From the NCBI GenBank assembly GCA_041640595.1, contig JBEPZY010000001.1, forward strand, positions 896,001 to 960,000: a DNA stretch of 64,000 nucleotides, written 5' to 3'. The DNA is from Gemmatales bacterium. Lineage in GTDB: Bacteria > Planctomycetota > Planctomycetia > Gemmatales > HRBIN36. The position numbers and the translations under genes are program-made. The notes beneath the pieces were generated by a model. That model saw nothing but the letters and a program-made list of their open reading frames with translations, did not search any database and was not told where the DNA came from. This document shows, one piece after another, positions 43,849 through 54,387 of this stretch. Numbering within the stretch: the stretch's first letter is position 1; each line of letters begins with the position of its first letter.

Positions 43849-44031
43849 CGGCGGGACAGTCGTTGCACGGCGTGTATAATAGTTGCTTCCCGGCGAACTC
43901 CTGGCCAGACGGGTGGTATATAATCCAGGCTGGCCGTCGGAAAAACGCTGAATTTTTACGGATACGCCATCCGATGGGCCTGGATGAATTGTGCCGGGAC
44001 CGACTGAAACCATGCTGCACTGAGGACTAAA

Positions 44032-44226
44032 ATGCCGAAGCAGAAAACTCACAAGGGTGCGAAAAAACGGTTCAAGGTCACCGCTACGGGCAAGGTAATG
44101 CGGCAGAAATGCGGCCGCCGGCACTTGCTCAGCCACAAACGCAGCAAGCGCAAACGGCGGCTCCGCCGACCCTTGGTTCCGGTGGAAGGTGCTATCGCTC
44201 CCAAGATTGCCGCAGCGATTGACTGA
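44032..44226 (+). CDS. rpmI: 50S ribosomal protein L35
   Basis: [21 protein letters not shown]; syntenic with infC and rplT. Confidence 0.97.
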   Translation: MPKQKTHKGAKKRFKVTATGKVMRQKCGRRHLLSHKRSKRKRRLRRPLVPVEGAIAPKIAAAID

Positions 44227-44329
44227 CCGTGCTATCATTGGTCCTCGGACTCATTTCGTCCCTGGCTTGAGCCGGCAAATGTGTAGGAACTATCCACGGA
44301 AAAACACACGCTAACGGGAGTGATTGATC

Positions 44330-44716
44330 ATGGTACGGGCGCGAAGTGGTAAGACGACGACTCGCTTTCGGCGACGCCTGCGCAAGAAAACCAAGGGCTA
44401 TTTTTTGGGGCGTAAGAATCTGCTGAAGCAGGCCCTGATTACTGCCATCCGTGCGGGCGTTTATGCTTACCGCGACCGCCGGCAACGAAAGCGGATGTTC
44501 CGGCGATTGTGGATTCTCCGCATTAACGCTGCCTGCCGGGCACGCGGACTCAAATATTCGACATTTCTGGCCGCTCTGCAACGAGCCCGCATAGACCTGG
44601 ATCGTAAGTCGCTCGCGGAACTGGCCATCAACGACCCGGCCGCTTTTGACGAGCTGGTCAATCTCGCACGTCCGTATTTGCCGGGCGCTAACCCGGCTGG
44701 GCCTCCGGCGGGGTAG
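44330..44716 (+). CDS. rplT: 50S ribosomal protein L20
   Basis: YAYRDRRQRKR.FRRLWI.RINAA and LDRK.LAELA motifs. Confidence 0.97.
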   Translation: MVRARSGKTTTRFRRRLRKKTKGYFLGRKNLLKQALITAIRAGVYAYRDRRQRKRMFRRLWILRINAACRARGLKYSTFLAALQRARIDLDRKSLAELAINDPAAFDELVNLARPYLPGANPAGPPAG

Positions 44717-44753
44717 GTATCCTCGTTGCCCTGAGCGAAGGGGTAACGGTTTT

Positions 44754-45809
44754 ATGGAACTGGAGCAACTCCGGCAGCAGGCTCTGCAAGAATTGTCCGC
44801 TGTCCAGGACGAAAGCGGATTGCGGCACTGGAATAGCCAGTACCTGGGCAAAAATGGTTTGCTTACGCAAGCATTGAAACGCATCGGTCAGTTATCCGCC
44901 GCGGAGCGACCACGATACGGCCAGCAAGTTAACGAACTCAAGGAAACCTTGCTGGCGGCCTATGAACGCAAAAAACAGGAACTTCACCAGCAAGAAATCG
45001 CTCGCAGCCTGGCCGCGGAGGCGCTGGATGTTACTCTGCCCGGGCGCCCGGTCTTACGCGGCAGGTTGCATCCCGCCACCCAGGTGATGCGGGACATCCT
45101 TGCCATTTTCGCCGAACTGGGTTTTCAGGTGTACAGGAGCCGGGAAGTTGAAGACGACCTCACCAACTTCGAGCTGCTCAACATGCCCCCGCATCACCCA
45201 GCCCGAGACCTGTGGGACACCTTTCACACCACCACGCCCGGAATACTGCTGCGCACGCATACCTCGCCTGGCCAGATTCACGTCATGCGTCAGTATTGTC
45301 CCCAACCGATTCGCGTGGTTTTGCCCGGCATGTGCTACCGCTACGAGCAAATCACCGCCCGCAGTGAAATCCAGTTCCAGCAGGTCGAAGGACTGGCCAT
45401 CGGTGAACGCATAAGTCTGGCGGATCTCATAGGCACCCTGAGTACCTTCGCCCGACGATTCTTCGGCGAGGATCGCCGCATCCGCATCCGCAACAGCTAC
45501 TTCCCGTTCACTGAACCAAGCATTGAGGTAGATGTGGATTGTATTCTCTGTGGCGGTACTGGCAGGAGTCCGAAAACGGCTGGCCAAACGGCAGGCGGTT
45601 GTTCCCTGTGCAAAGGTACAGGCTGGCTGGAAATTCTGGGTGCAGGGATGGTGCATCCCGTAGTACTGCGCAACGGGGGTTACGATCCGGAACGGTTTCA
45701 GGGTTTCGCCTTCGGTATGGGCCCACAACGCATGGCCATGCTCAAATACGCCATTCACGATATCCGGCTATTCTGGAGCAATGATTTGCGGTTTCTCGAA
45801 CAGTTTTGA
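44754..45809 (+). CDS. pheS: Phenylalanine-tRNA ligase alpha subunit
   Basis: HPARD.WDTF, LLRTHTSP, YFPFTEPS, CxxC..CxxC, EILGAGMVHP and GFAFGMG motifs. Confidence 0.97.
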   Translation: MELEQLRQQALQELSAVQDESGLRHWNSQYLGKNGLLTQALKRIGQLSAAERPRYGQQVNELKETLLAAYERKKQELHQQEIARSLAAEALDVTLPGRPVLRGRLHPATQVMRDILAIFAELGFQVYRSREVEDDLTNFELLNMPPHHPARDLWDTFHTTTPGILLRTHTSPGQIHVMRQYCPQPIRVVLPGMCYRYEQITARSEIQFQQVEGLAIGERISLADLIGTLSTFARRFFGEDRRIRIRNSYFPFTEPSIEVDVDCILCGGTGRSPKTAGQTAGGCSLCKGTGWLEILGAGMVHPVVLRNGGYDPERFQGFAFGMGPQRMAMLKYAIHDIRLFWSNDLRFLEQF

Positions 45810-45872
45810 TCGGTCGCCGATAATAGTTTTCCTGGCGATAATGGCCGATACCAGAGCATCAGGAGTGTGCCA

Positions 45873-48452
45873 ATGAAAGTGCCGCTGCGCTGGCTACGAG
45901 AATATGTCAACATCAGTTTGCCAGTGGCCGAACTGGCCGAACGATTGACCCTGGCTGGGCTCGAGGTAACAGGCATACGCACGGTCGGCTTGCCCGTGCC
46001 CGAAGGGTTGCGGTTACCTCCGCAACAAATGGGCCCGGTTTGGGATGACGACAAGGTCCTGGTTGCGGAAGTCCTCGAAGTACGCAAACATCCCGACGCT
46101 GAGCGGTTGCTTTTGGTGGATTTGGATTACGGCAAAGGCACCATCACGGTCGTAACCGGAGCCAGTAATCTGAAGCCTGGCGACCGTGGACTGAAAGTGG
46201 TGCTGGCGCTGGTTGGGGCTATGCTCATTGACGGTTATTCGGAAGAGCGTGTGTTACGGCAGTTGAAACCGGCACGAATTCGCGGCGTGCTGAGCGAAGG
46301 CATGGTCTGTTCGGCACGCGAACTGGGTATCGCCGACGACCACGAAGGAATCCTCATCCTCGATCCGGACGCGCCGGTCGGAATGCCTCTGGCGGAGTAC
46401 CTCGGCGACGTAGTGCTGGAATTTGATGTTCTGCCAAGTATGGCCCGCTGCCTGTCGGTGATCGGAGTGGCCCGCGAAGTGGCTGCTCTGACTGGCCAGG
46501 AATTACGTTATCCCCCGATCCATCGCGACAATCAAGCAACCAGCGCTGGCACAGAACGAGTCCGTGTGCGGATCGAGGATTCCAGCCTGTGTGCTCGTTA
46601 CGCTGCTCTGGTCATCGAAGAGGTAACCGTGCGACCGTCGCCGGCGTGGATGCAAATTCGCCTGCAGCTGGCCGGAATGCGACCTATCAACAATCTCGTG
46701 GACGTTACCAATTACGTCATGCTCGAATGGGGCCAACCTCTGCATGCTTTCGACTACGAAAAACTCCGCGACCGGGTGGGCGGGCCAACTCCGGAAATCA
46801 TCGTCCGCCCTGCCCGACCAGGCGAAAGATTGATTACGCTGGACGGCCAGAACCGCGAATTATCTCCCGAGCATCTGGTGATTGCCGATTTGGTCGGCCC
46901 TATTGCTCTGGCCGGTGTCATGGGTGGTCAGGAAACAGAAGTTACCAGCGAAACGCAATCGGTGCTGCTGGAGTCGGCCAATTTCCATGCGGTAAGTATT
47001 CGTCGAACGGCCAGGCATTTCGATTTGCCCAGCGAAGCCAGTCTCCGTTTTAGTCGCGGTTTGCATCCCGATATCGTAGAACCGGCTGCATACCGTGCTG
47101 CCCAGCTTATTTTGCAGCTGGCCCAGGGTCGAGCCTGTTCCCCTCTAGTGGATGTTTATCCCGCACGTCCACCGGAGCAGACCATTCTTCTCCCTCTGGA
47201 TTATGTAAACCGCCTCGTAGGAGCCGCTATTCCCCGTCATGAAATTGTCCGTATTCTGAGAAGCCTTGAATTCCGCGTTGAAGAAGCCGCAACCGACGCC
47301 CTGAGCGTTACCGTACCGCGGCACCGACTTGACATACAGCATGGCCCAGCGGATCTCGTCGAGGAAATCGTTCGCATTTACGGCTATCAGCGGATTCCGC
47401 CTACCTTGCCTGAGGAACGTTTACCCAGCTATCAGACACGGCGGGACTGGCTATTGGAAGAACGTTTGCGCGATGCGCTGGTGGCTCTCGGTTGCCAGGA
47501 GGTCATTACATACGCACTCACTTCTGCTGAGCGAGAGCGACCCCTAGTCGGAGGTGATGTTGAACACGTCCGCCTGCTCAACCCGATTCATCCAGACCGC
47601 TCGGTGCTGCGCCGATGTTTGTTAACCGGGATTTTGGAAATCGCCGCACACAACCTGCGCCAACACGACCGGTTGCGGTTATTCGAGCTAGGCCTGGTTT
47701 ACCTTCCCCAGCCTAACGAAAAGTTTCCCGACGAACGCCGCCACCTGGCCCTGCTTCTGACCGGTCCGCGCTGGCCTGAGTTCTGGCAGCACCAGGACGG
47801 GCTATCCGCGCAGGACTTTTTCGACCTCAAAGGAGTGTTGGATGGACTGTTCCAGGCCCTGCATCTGGGCGATGCTGAGCACGGTACCGCAAGCGTAACC
47901 TGGCAACCGTCGCAGCAACCCTGGTTGCACCCCGGACGCTCTGCCGCGCTGGTATGGCAAGGAACCCTCCCTGCTTCAAGCTCTACTTCTTCCGAAGCTC
48001 CGACAACAAGTGGCAACCCTGTCCTTCTCGGTTACGCCGGTCAATTACATCCCGCTCTAAACGACTTTTACCAACTTGGCCGGCGAGATATTTACGTCGC
48101 CGAACTGGATCTGGAACTGCTCCTGCCCTTGATCCCGCAACGATTTACCTGCCAAGGCGTCTCACCCTTCCCTCCTGTGCGGCAGGACCTCGCATTGATT
48201 GTGGATGAACATGTACCGGCTGAGGCGGTTCGCCGGGAAATTCAACTCGCAGGTGCTCCCTTACTGAGAGAAGTGCGGCTTTTCGACGTCTATCGCGGCC
48301 CTAATATACCGGCTGGAAAGAAAAGCCTGGCCTGGACCCTGACCTATCAGGCAGATGACCGAACACTCACGGATAAAGAGGTAGCGAAAGTCCATCAAAA
48401 GATCGTAAACCGCCTGGAAAAAGTACTAGATGCCCGTGTGCGAGCCCCATGA
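45873..48452 (+). CDS. pheT: Phenylalanine-tRNA ligase beta subunit
   Basis: MKVPL.WL, SEGMVCS..ELG, RPINN.VDVTNYVMLEWGQPLHAFD and C-terminal FDX-ACB (LFDVY.G..I..GKKSLA). Confidence 0.97.
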   Translation: MKVPLRWLREYVNISLPVAELAERLTLAGLEVTGIRTVGLPVPEGLRLPPQQMGPVWDDDKVLVAEVLEVRKHPDAERLLLVDLDYGKGTITVVTGASNLKPGDRGLKVVLALVGAMLIDGYSEERVLRQLKPARIRGVLSEGMVCSARELGIADDHEGILILDPDAPVGMPLAEYLGDVVLEFDVLPSMARCLSVIGVAREVAALTGQELRYPPIHRDNQATSAGTERVRVRIEDSSLCARYAALVIEEVTVRPSPAWMQIRLQLAGMRPINNLVDVTNYVMLEWGQPLHAFDYEKLRDRVGGPTPEIIVRPARPGERLITLDGQNRELSPEHLVIADLVGPIALAGVMGGQETEVTSETQSVLLESANFHAVSIRRTARHFDLPSEASLRFSRGLHPDIVEPAAYRAAQLILQLAQGRACSPLVDVYPARPPEQTILLPLDYVNRLVGAAIPRHEIVRILRSLEFRVEEAATDALSVTVPRHRLDIQHGPADLVEEIVRIYGYQRIPPTLPEERLPSYQTRRDWLLEERLRDALVALGCQEVITYALTSAERERPLVGGDVEHVRLLNPIHPDRSVLRRCLLTGILEIAAHNLRQHDRLRLFELGLVYLPQPNEKFPDERRHLALLLTGPRWPEFWQHQDGLSAQDFFDLKGVLDGLFQALHLGDAEHGTASVTWQPSQQPWLHPGRSAALVWQGTLPASSSTSSEAPTTSGNPVLLGYAGQLHPALNDFYQLGRRDIYVAELDLELLLPLIPQRFTCQGVSPFPPVRQDLALIVDEHVPAEAVRREIQLAGAPLLREVRLFDVYRGPNIPAGKKSLAWTLTYQADDRTLTDKEVAKVHQKIVNRLEKVLDARVRAP

Positions 48453-48632
48453 AGATACTCGCCCAGCGCATTTACCTAAAACCATTGGGGAGATTTCTTC
48501 GCGGCGCACTACTTTGAGTTTGGTGAATACTGTCTGCAACACAGCTATGGTGGCATCATTTAATATTGATCCTGCCTGGTGCACCATCTAAGTATTGATG
48601 CGGGCAAAAATTCTGGCGCCTAAGTTTTCAGT

Positions 48633-49574
48633 TCACTGACCCGCGGAGCTGGATTCCGCAATAAATGCCGCTGGAATAATTGGACGCGGGTGATCCTTGA
48701 GAACGCTTACCAGGAGTTGCTCGTATTCTGGTGGCGGTGGCACAAAAGCACTTAGTCGCCATAAGGTTAGTAATTGCCGACCAGCCACTCGCTCGTGGGC
48801 TGTACTAAGCCCGAGATAAACCTTCTCCCGAACATCGTCCGATAGCTTTTTCGGGCAATAGAGTACTGCTGCGGTGGGGTAATAGTTGGATTCTCGCAAA
48901 ATACGCAGCGCTTTAGCCCGGCCGGGCTTGCGCTGTTGATAGGTTTCCAGGCTCACGCCATCCACCACAGTGCAGGCTGCTTTGCCCTCGAAGACCCAAT
49001 CCAGGGCTTGATCTATATTTGCGGGCTCTGGCGAGGGTCCAAAAAACGCCGCTGGTAACTCCCCTGCCTCGACAATCACCTTGTGTGTATAGAGGTAACA
49101 ATGATTCAGATTCCGTTTCGGAAAGGCAATAGTTTTTCCCTTGAGGTCGCTGATATTGCGGTATGGCGAGTCCTGACGGACTAGAATATAGGCCTTCAAG
49201 GCAATTGTGCCGTTGGAGCACAATAGCAAAGGTCGGACGTCAGGATATTGGTCACGGATCCAGGCATAATCAATTCCGTGCATAATGCCGAATTGCAAAT
49301 GTCCGGAGTCCAGGTCGCGGCCGATCTCCGCTGGGTCAGCCAAAATGGTAAACTCGCAAACTATCCCGGTTTGACTGGAAAATAACTCGCTGAGCGGCTG
49401 CATAAGTGCGAGCATGAGTCGGCTATCAGTACCCCGGAACAAGGCCTGGCTCAGTCCTATACGGGCCAAGCGATTCTTACCTTCTTTCTCGGCGCCACGG
49501 GCCGATAGCAGACTGCTGAGCAAAAAAGTAACAAATGCAAGACCCCATGCAGCTTGATTGACGCGTTGTACCAT
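48633..49574 (-). CDS. PhnD-like periplasmic substrate-binding protein
   Basis: Signal peptide. ILVRQDSPY..ISDLKGKTIAF and V..G.A....VD..LRIL.ES..YP pattern. Confidence 0.8.
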   Translation of the reverse strand: MVQRVNQAAWGLAFVTFLLSSLLSARGAEKEGKNRLARIGLSQALFRGTDSRLMLALMQPLSELFSSQTGIVCEFTILADPAEIGRDLDSGHLQFGIMHGIDYAWIRDQYPDVRPLLLCSNGTIALKAYILVRQDSPYRNISDLKGKTIAFPKRNLNHCYLYTHKVIVEAGELPAAFFGPSPEPANIDQALDWVFEGKAACTVVDGVSLETYQQRKPGRAKALRILRESNYYPTAAVLYCPKKLSDDVREKVYLGLSTAHERVAGRQLLTLWRLSAFVPPPPEYEQLLVSVLKDHPRPIIPAAFIAESSSAGQ

Positions 49575-49687
49575 ACGTTATCTCTCCCAGCTTATTCAGA
49601 GTAAATCAGCACCGTCCCCGCCATAACTTAGCCAGGCACGACGTTTTCGTATCGTTTTGCAGTGGCGCAGGGTGTGAGTTCCAGCCT

Positions 49688-51040
49688 CTACTGTGCAGGT
49701 ACAAGGGCTTCCCAGAGCTTACCAGCAGTAGCACGCTGCAATGCGGCCAGGGTGATGCAATAGTTGTAGAGTGCCTCATTCAGGTCGGCGCGGGTTTGCG
49801 CATCTAACAGTTGGGCGGTCAGCATTTTTTCGGTACTAAGCTGATCAGCAGCGTAAGCTTTTTCGGCGTCCTTGCGCAATTTCCCGGCTTGCTGTACTGC
49901 CTGCCGTAATAGGCGAACTTGCTCTTCCAGCTCGTGCAACCGTGAGCATAGAACACGGACTTCTAATGCAATCAGGTGTTCCACCTTCTCGGCCCCCGCC
50001 AGTGCTCGGTGATATAGTGCCTCGGTACGCGACTGACGGGCACTGCGAGTACCGGATAATACCGCAGGCATCTCAGGAGCAATCGGCCCCGGGCGATAAT
50101 CGGGGTCTAAGATTGTGGCCGGTAAAGTCTTGGAATGAATGTCCGAACGCGCAGCAAAAGTCAAGGCATTGGTGCGCCAGGTGAGACCTTGAGCCTTAAT
50201 CTCCAGGGCGATCACTTCCGCTAACAAGTGCGATTGGAGAGCTTCGGGACGATTGGCCAGAGCAAGCTCTACCGCCTTATCACAGGATATGGTGAGCTTA
50301 TGTTCGCGCATGTGTTTAGTGACCGAGTCGTAGTAATCAGCAAGACTGACAGCGGCTACGTTAATAGGCTCATGTTCAGAAAGCCCCACGGCCTCGCGTA
50401 AGGCTGCCCGGGCCTGCTCGGCTCCTAATCGAGCTCGCGCTAATCGTGTTCGGGCGATAAGTTCATAGGTGCTAATTCGCTCCAGGTCGGAAGTGGTTAC
50501 TTCGCGGCTACCGGCGTCCACCAGTTTTTTAGCCAGCTGAGCCATCACACCTAAACTACGCACCGTCTCATCAGCTATGCCGGTTTGCTCCCGGGCATAT
50601 AAATAGGAAAGGTAGTTCCGGGTAACCGCCTGGATGGTTTCCAATTTAGCCTGTGTTAAGCTCTCCTGGGCGATGGCCAGACCGTGCGTTGCCTGCTGCC
50701 GACGGTAAATAATCTGGGGCCCGGTGAGTATAGCGAACGGGGAATGAGCCGATTGGTACTGAATATGTGCCGCATGCAGGCTCGCCTGAGCCGCAGCTAT
50801 ATTCGGCTGTCGTTGCAGGGCTAACTCGATGGCTCTTTCCAGCGTCAACTCTTCGGCCTTCGAAGCCTCGACAGCAACTACCTCCCGGCTGGGTGCATTA
50901 TCATCCGGGGGAGCTTCTGCGGGAATTGCCAGTCGTGCCGGTTCCTGCGCCCACCCTGCTATTGCCAGTATGGGTATTGCCAATGCGGACCAGCCAGGCT
51001 TTTTCCATAGTCGTGTGCGTAGCGGTTGTGCGCTCGGCAT
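49688..51040 (-). CDS. TolC-like outer membrane efflux protein
   Basis: LTLERAIELALQRQPNI, AVELALANRPE, Y...QLS...L.AQ and AALQRATAG OEP repeat pattern. Start is uncertain. Confidence 0.8.
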   Translation of the reverse strand: MPSAQPLRTRLWKKPGWSALAIPILAIAGWAQEPARLAIPAEAPPDDNAPSREVVAVEASKAEELTLERAIELALQRQPNIAAAQASLHAAHIQYQSAHSPFAILTGPQIIYRRQQATHGLAIAQESLTQAKLETIQAVTRNYLSYLYAREQTGIADETVRSLGVMAQLAKKLVDAGSREVTTSDLERISTYELIARTRLARARLGAEQARAALREAVGLSEHEPINVAAVSLADYYDSVTKHMREHKLTISCDKAVELALANRPEALQSHLLAEVIALEIKAQGLTWRTNALTFAARSDIHSKTLPATILDPDYRPGPIAPEMPAVLSGTRSARQSRTEALYHRALAGAEKVEHLIALEVRVLCSRLHELEEQVRLLRQAVQQAGKLRKDAEKAYAADQLSTEKMLTAQLLDAQTRADLNEALYNYCITLAALQRATAGKLWEALVPAQ

Positions 51041-51384
51041 AGTCAGGTTCTCCTTGATACAACCGTAGCACTGGCTGGCCATTTCGCTCCGACCGCTCGC
51101 TCACTTTTTCGACCATCACCCCAGGTGAGCCACAGAAAAAATGTTGCATTTTTTCGCGTGGGCTGCCGACAGCAACGGCATTCCACGCCGATACAAAGCC
51201 TCACGCAAACATGGCTGTATCAATCAGCATGGTTATTCACAGAAACCAGGAGGGACACTTCCATCCGTGCAGAGCCGGTGCTTGGTCTAATACACCGCCA
51301 CCAAACTGGCAATTGGGCTGGCTGAATAAATACGCTTCGTTGCGGCTTTCTGATCCCCAACGGATGTGTATGGTCCGTTTCTTC

Positions 51385-54300
51385 CTACCTGGCCGTCTGC
51401 TGGAGCCAGGCGATAAGATCGGCGAGATCCTGAGGCGTGAGTTGTTTTTCAAACCCATCCGGCATAAGCGATTTGCCCGTAGATTGGATTTGCTCGATTT
51501 CACTGCGAAGTAGCGTATCCTGCATGCCTTCTGCTCGTCGCAATGTAATGGCGGTAGCTGTTTCCGCGGCAATTATGCCGCTGTACACTCTGCCGGAACG
51601 GTCGGCGACCAGGTAATTGAGATAGCGACTGTCCACTTCTCGGCTGGGATCGAGAATATCCAGGAGCAATCCTTCCGGCGTTTTGGTCTTCAATGCGGAA
51701 AGCAAGTCCGGCCCGACTTCCGTGCCGACCTGTCCGAGCCGATGACAAATAGCGCAGTGTTTAGCGAAAAGTTCGCGGCCGCGCTCGGCCTGGCCAGTCA
51801 ATTGCAGTGCGACCCGATATTGCGCCACTACCTTCTGGCGGTCTTCTTGCCCCGATTGTGCCAGCAGTTTTTGAGCGCGGTTGCGAATTGCTGGGTCAGG
51901 ATGCTGCAATAACTGCTGCCGATAAACGAGGTCTAAGTCCTGCGGCCGAATGGTGCCGGTTTCCACGGCCTGGAGCAACCTGGGCAATCGCTCCGAACGA
52001 GCAAAAAACGCTTCCTGAGCGGCTCGTCGAATGGTGGGGCTAAAACTGCCCCAATGCTCCAGCAGCACATCCACGACCTGGGGGCTATTGACCTGGGCCA
52101 GGGACTGCACTGCGGCAAGCTGAAGCTCCGGCGGCTGCTGTGGTGCTAACAACTGACGCAAGACCGCCATTGCCTCCGTGGGTTCACGATAGCCCAGCAC
52201 TCGAACCGCAGCTATGCGCATCCCCACCGGTCGAGCGGAATCCAGAGCAACCTCTGCCGCAGTGCGGAACCAGGCGTTCAATTGCTGGCCAGCTCGGGAA
52301 TCGGCAGGGAAAAACCTTTCCAGGCTTTTGCCCTGTCGCGCAAAACCCTGAGCCAGGCTCGACAGCAGTTGCAGTTGCTGCGCGGTGGGCTGTTGGGGAT
52401 TCTTCAAAAGACGGAGGAAGACCAGCTCCACTGCCTGAGGTTGCGAATTACCCGCAACCATGCTTACGAGCGTTACCAGTATGTCCGCCGGGATTTTCTC
52501 ATCCTCCGCCAGCAGTTCGAGCAACCGAAAGGCATGGGGCAAAGCGGAACTGAGTATTGCCATCTGCATCCAGCGATTGGCACCTTCCCGACGTAGCAGT
52601 TGCGTTAGCGCTTCCGCCGCTGCAGGGTCTTGGATATAGCCAAGAGCGAAAGCCAGCTGGAACTGGACTCGATCTGACCCGTCGCTGACCATGGACAAGA
52701 CCTGTCGGGAGATTGCTGCATCCTGGCGTTGCAAAAACGGCTCCGCCAGCACCAGTGCCTGTTCGCGCACACGAGGCGAATCATCCCGTAACGCGGTCAG
52801 AACGTCTTCGGCTTCCAGCAAACCAAGCCCTTCAAGCGTCCACACTGCGTGAATGCGGCCCACGTCTCTGGCACTGCGCCTGGCTAATTGCATTAACGCC
52901 GGACGAATTTCCGGCCCCGGCTTTCTTTCCAGTAACAACCGCTGGGCTGTAAGCCGGTGCCAGGCATTCTCGTGCTCCAGCAGAGCCACCAGTTCGGCAA
53001 TACTGGCCCGGCTCAAACGCGGTGGCGGCAACCGACGTCCATCCTGCGGCACAATTCGCCAGATGCGACCCCGACCACGGCTCTCCAGGTTGTAACGTCG
53101 CTTAATTTCCTCCGGTAGCGACAACGGAGTCTCGATGACCTCGCGATAAAAGTCAGCGACGTAAATGGCTCCATCTGGCCCCTGACACAAAAACACAGGC
53201 CGAAACCAGGTATCCACCGAGGCAAGGAATTCGCAATCGCGGTCTAGTCGCCGCGCTATGAACGTCGGACCGGCCAGCGCGAGCACATCTCGATGAATGA
53301 CGTTGTTTGCCGGATCGCATACGTAAGCGCATCCGGCGTGTGGCGGCGGAAATCTTCCGCCCCGCTCTATCAGAATGCCGCACGCAGATGTCACATAGCC
53401 CCCGGGTACCAGTTCGGTCTTGGCAAACCGCTTGGCCTCGGGCCCTTCCCGGCGCATTTGCGTCCGTTCCAGACGCCACGGTTCGAATGGGCTGATGCGA
53501 AACAATTTCGCTGCCGCGGTATGCTCCTCTGTTCCATCCGGGATATCTATGGTTACCGTTTGCACCCGAAGGTAGGGATTGCGGCTAAGATAACGCTCTG
53601 GCAAAACGATGTGGCGGATATGCTGGCTGTTGGTGCATGTGAACCATTGCCCGTAATCATCGGCGGTTAACCCATATTGGCCACCACCGGATGCAGGCTC
53701 GAATTGTCCCGGCTTTTCAGGGCGAAATCGAAAGTGTCGAGCATGCAGCGGAATGTTTGCAGGATTCGACACGGCCTTGCCATGCAGGTCCTGCACCGCG
53801 CGTATTTCCGAATCGGCAGCTGCGTTACAACCGTAAATCCAGTTATCGAAGTGAAACTGCAAACTGTTTGCCAGCTGCTGAATGTTGCGAAGCCCAAAGC
53901 CAGTGTAAAGCACGCTCCGCTGGTCTGCTCGCCCATCACCATCCGTGTCGCGGCAATATACCAAATCCGGCGCGTTAGCGATGATCAGTCCGCCTCGGTA
54001 AACACAGATTCCCGTGGGAAACCGTAAATCGTCCACAAAAATCCGGCTTGTTTCGAAGTAGCCGTCTCCGTCTCGGTCTTCGAGCAAGCGCACGCGACCG
54101 GCAATGACAGGCTTGCCCGTCCCCACACCGCCATTTGGATAGCCAGGCATCTCCACGACAAACAGCCGGCCATCTTCGTCAAACGCCATGGCTACCGGGT
54201 CAATTACGTCCGGTTCTGCCGCAACCAGCTCGATGCGAAAACCCGGAACCAGCCGAAAACTGGCAAGCGCTTCTTTTGGCGAAAGGGGGCCAATCGGTTT

Positions 54301-54387
54301 GTCAGGCTTCCCGATCGGCTCAACCGCCCCCATCCATGCACACAGGACACTCACGAGACCAAATAGCACAGCCGCAGCAACACGCAT
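51385..54387 (-). CDS. PVC-type heme-binding CxxCH protein (membrane-bound dehydrogenase domain + HEAT repeats + cytochrome c)
   Basis: FRIELVAAEP..DPVAMAFDEDGRLFVVEM, HEAT-like repeats, CAICH, VGPDL, ILDPS and SLMPDG motifs. Confidence 0.92.
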   Translation of the reverse strand: MRVAAAVLFGLVSVLCAWMGAVEPIGKPDKPIGPLSPKEALASFRLVPGFRIELVAAEPDVIDPVAMAFDEDGRLFVVEMPGYPNGGVGTGKPVIAGRVRLLEDRDGDGYFETSRIFVDDLRFPTGICVYRGGLIIANAPDLVYCRDTDGDGRADQRSVLYTGFGLRNIQQLANSLQFHFDNWIYGCNAAADSEIRAVQDLHGKAVSNPANIPLHARHFRFRPEKPGQFEPASGGGQYGLTADDYGQWFTCTNSQHIRHIVLPERYLSRNPYLRVQTVTIDIPDGTEEHTAAAKLFRISPFEPWRLERTQMRREGPEAKRFAKTELVPGGYVTSACGILIERGGRFPPPHAGCAYVCDPANNVIHRDVLALAGPTFIARRLDRDCEFLASVDTWFRPVFLCQGPDGAIYVADFYREVIETPLSLPEEIKRRYNLESRGRGRIWRIVPQDGRRLPPPRLSRASIAELVALLEHENAWHRLTAQRLLLERKPGPEIRPALMQLARRSARDVGRIHAVWTLEGLGLLEAEDVLTALRDDSPRVREQALVLAEPFLQRQDAAISRQVLSMVSDGSDRVQFQLAFALGYIQDPAAAEALTQLLRREGANRWMQMAILSSALPHAFRLLELLAEDEKIPADILVTLVSMVAGNSQPQAVELVFLRLLKNPQQPTAQQLQLLSSLAQGFARQGKSLERFFPADSRAGQQLNAWFRTAAEVALDSARPVGMRIAAVRVLGYREPTEAMAVLRQLLAPQQPPELQLAAVQSLAQVNSPQVVDVLLEHWGSFSPTIRRAAQEAFFARSERLPRLLQAVETGTIRPQDLDLVYRQQLLQHPDPAIRNRAQKLLAQSGQEDRQKVVAQYRVALQLTGQAERGRELFAKHCAICHRLGQVGTEVGPDLLSALKTKTPEGLLLDILDPSREVDSRYLNYLVADRSGRVYSGIIAAETATAITLRRAEGMQDTLLRSEIEQIQSTGKSLMPDGFEKQLTPQDLADLIAWLQQTAR

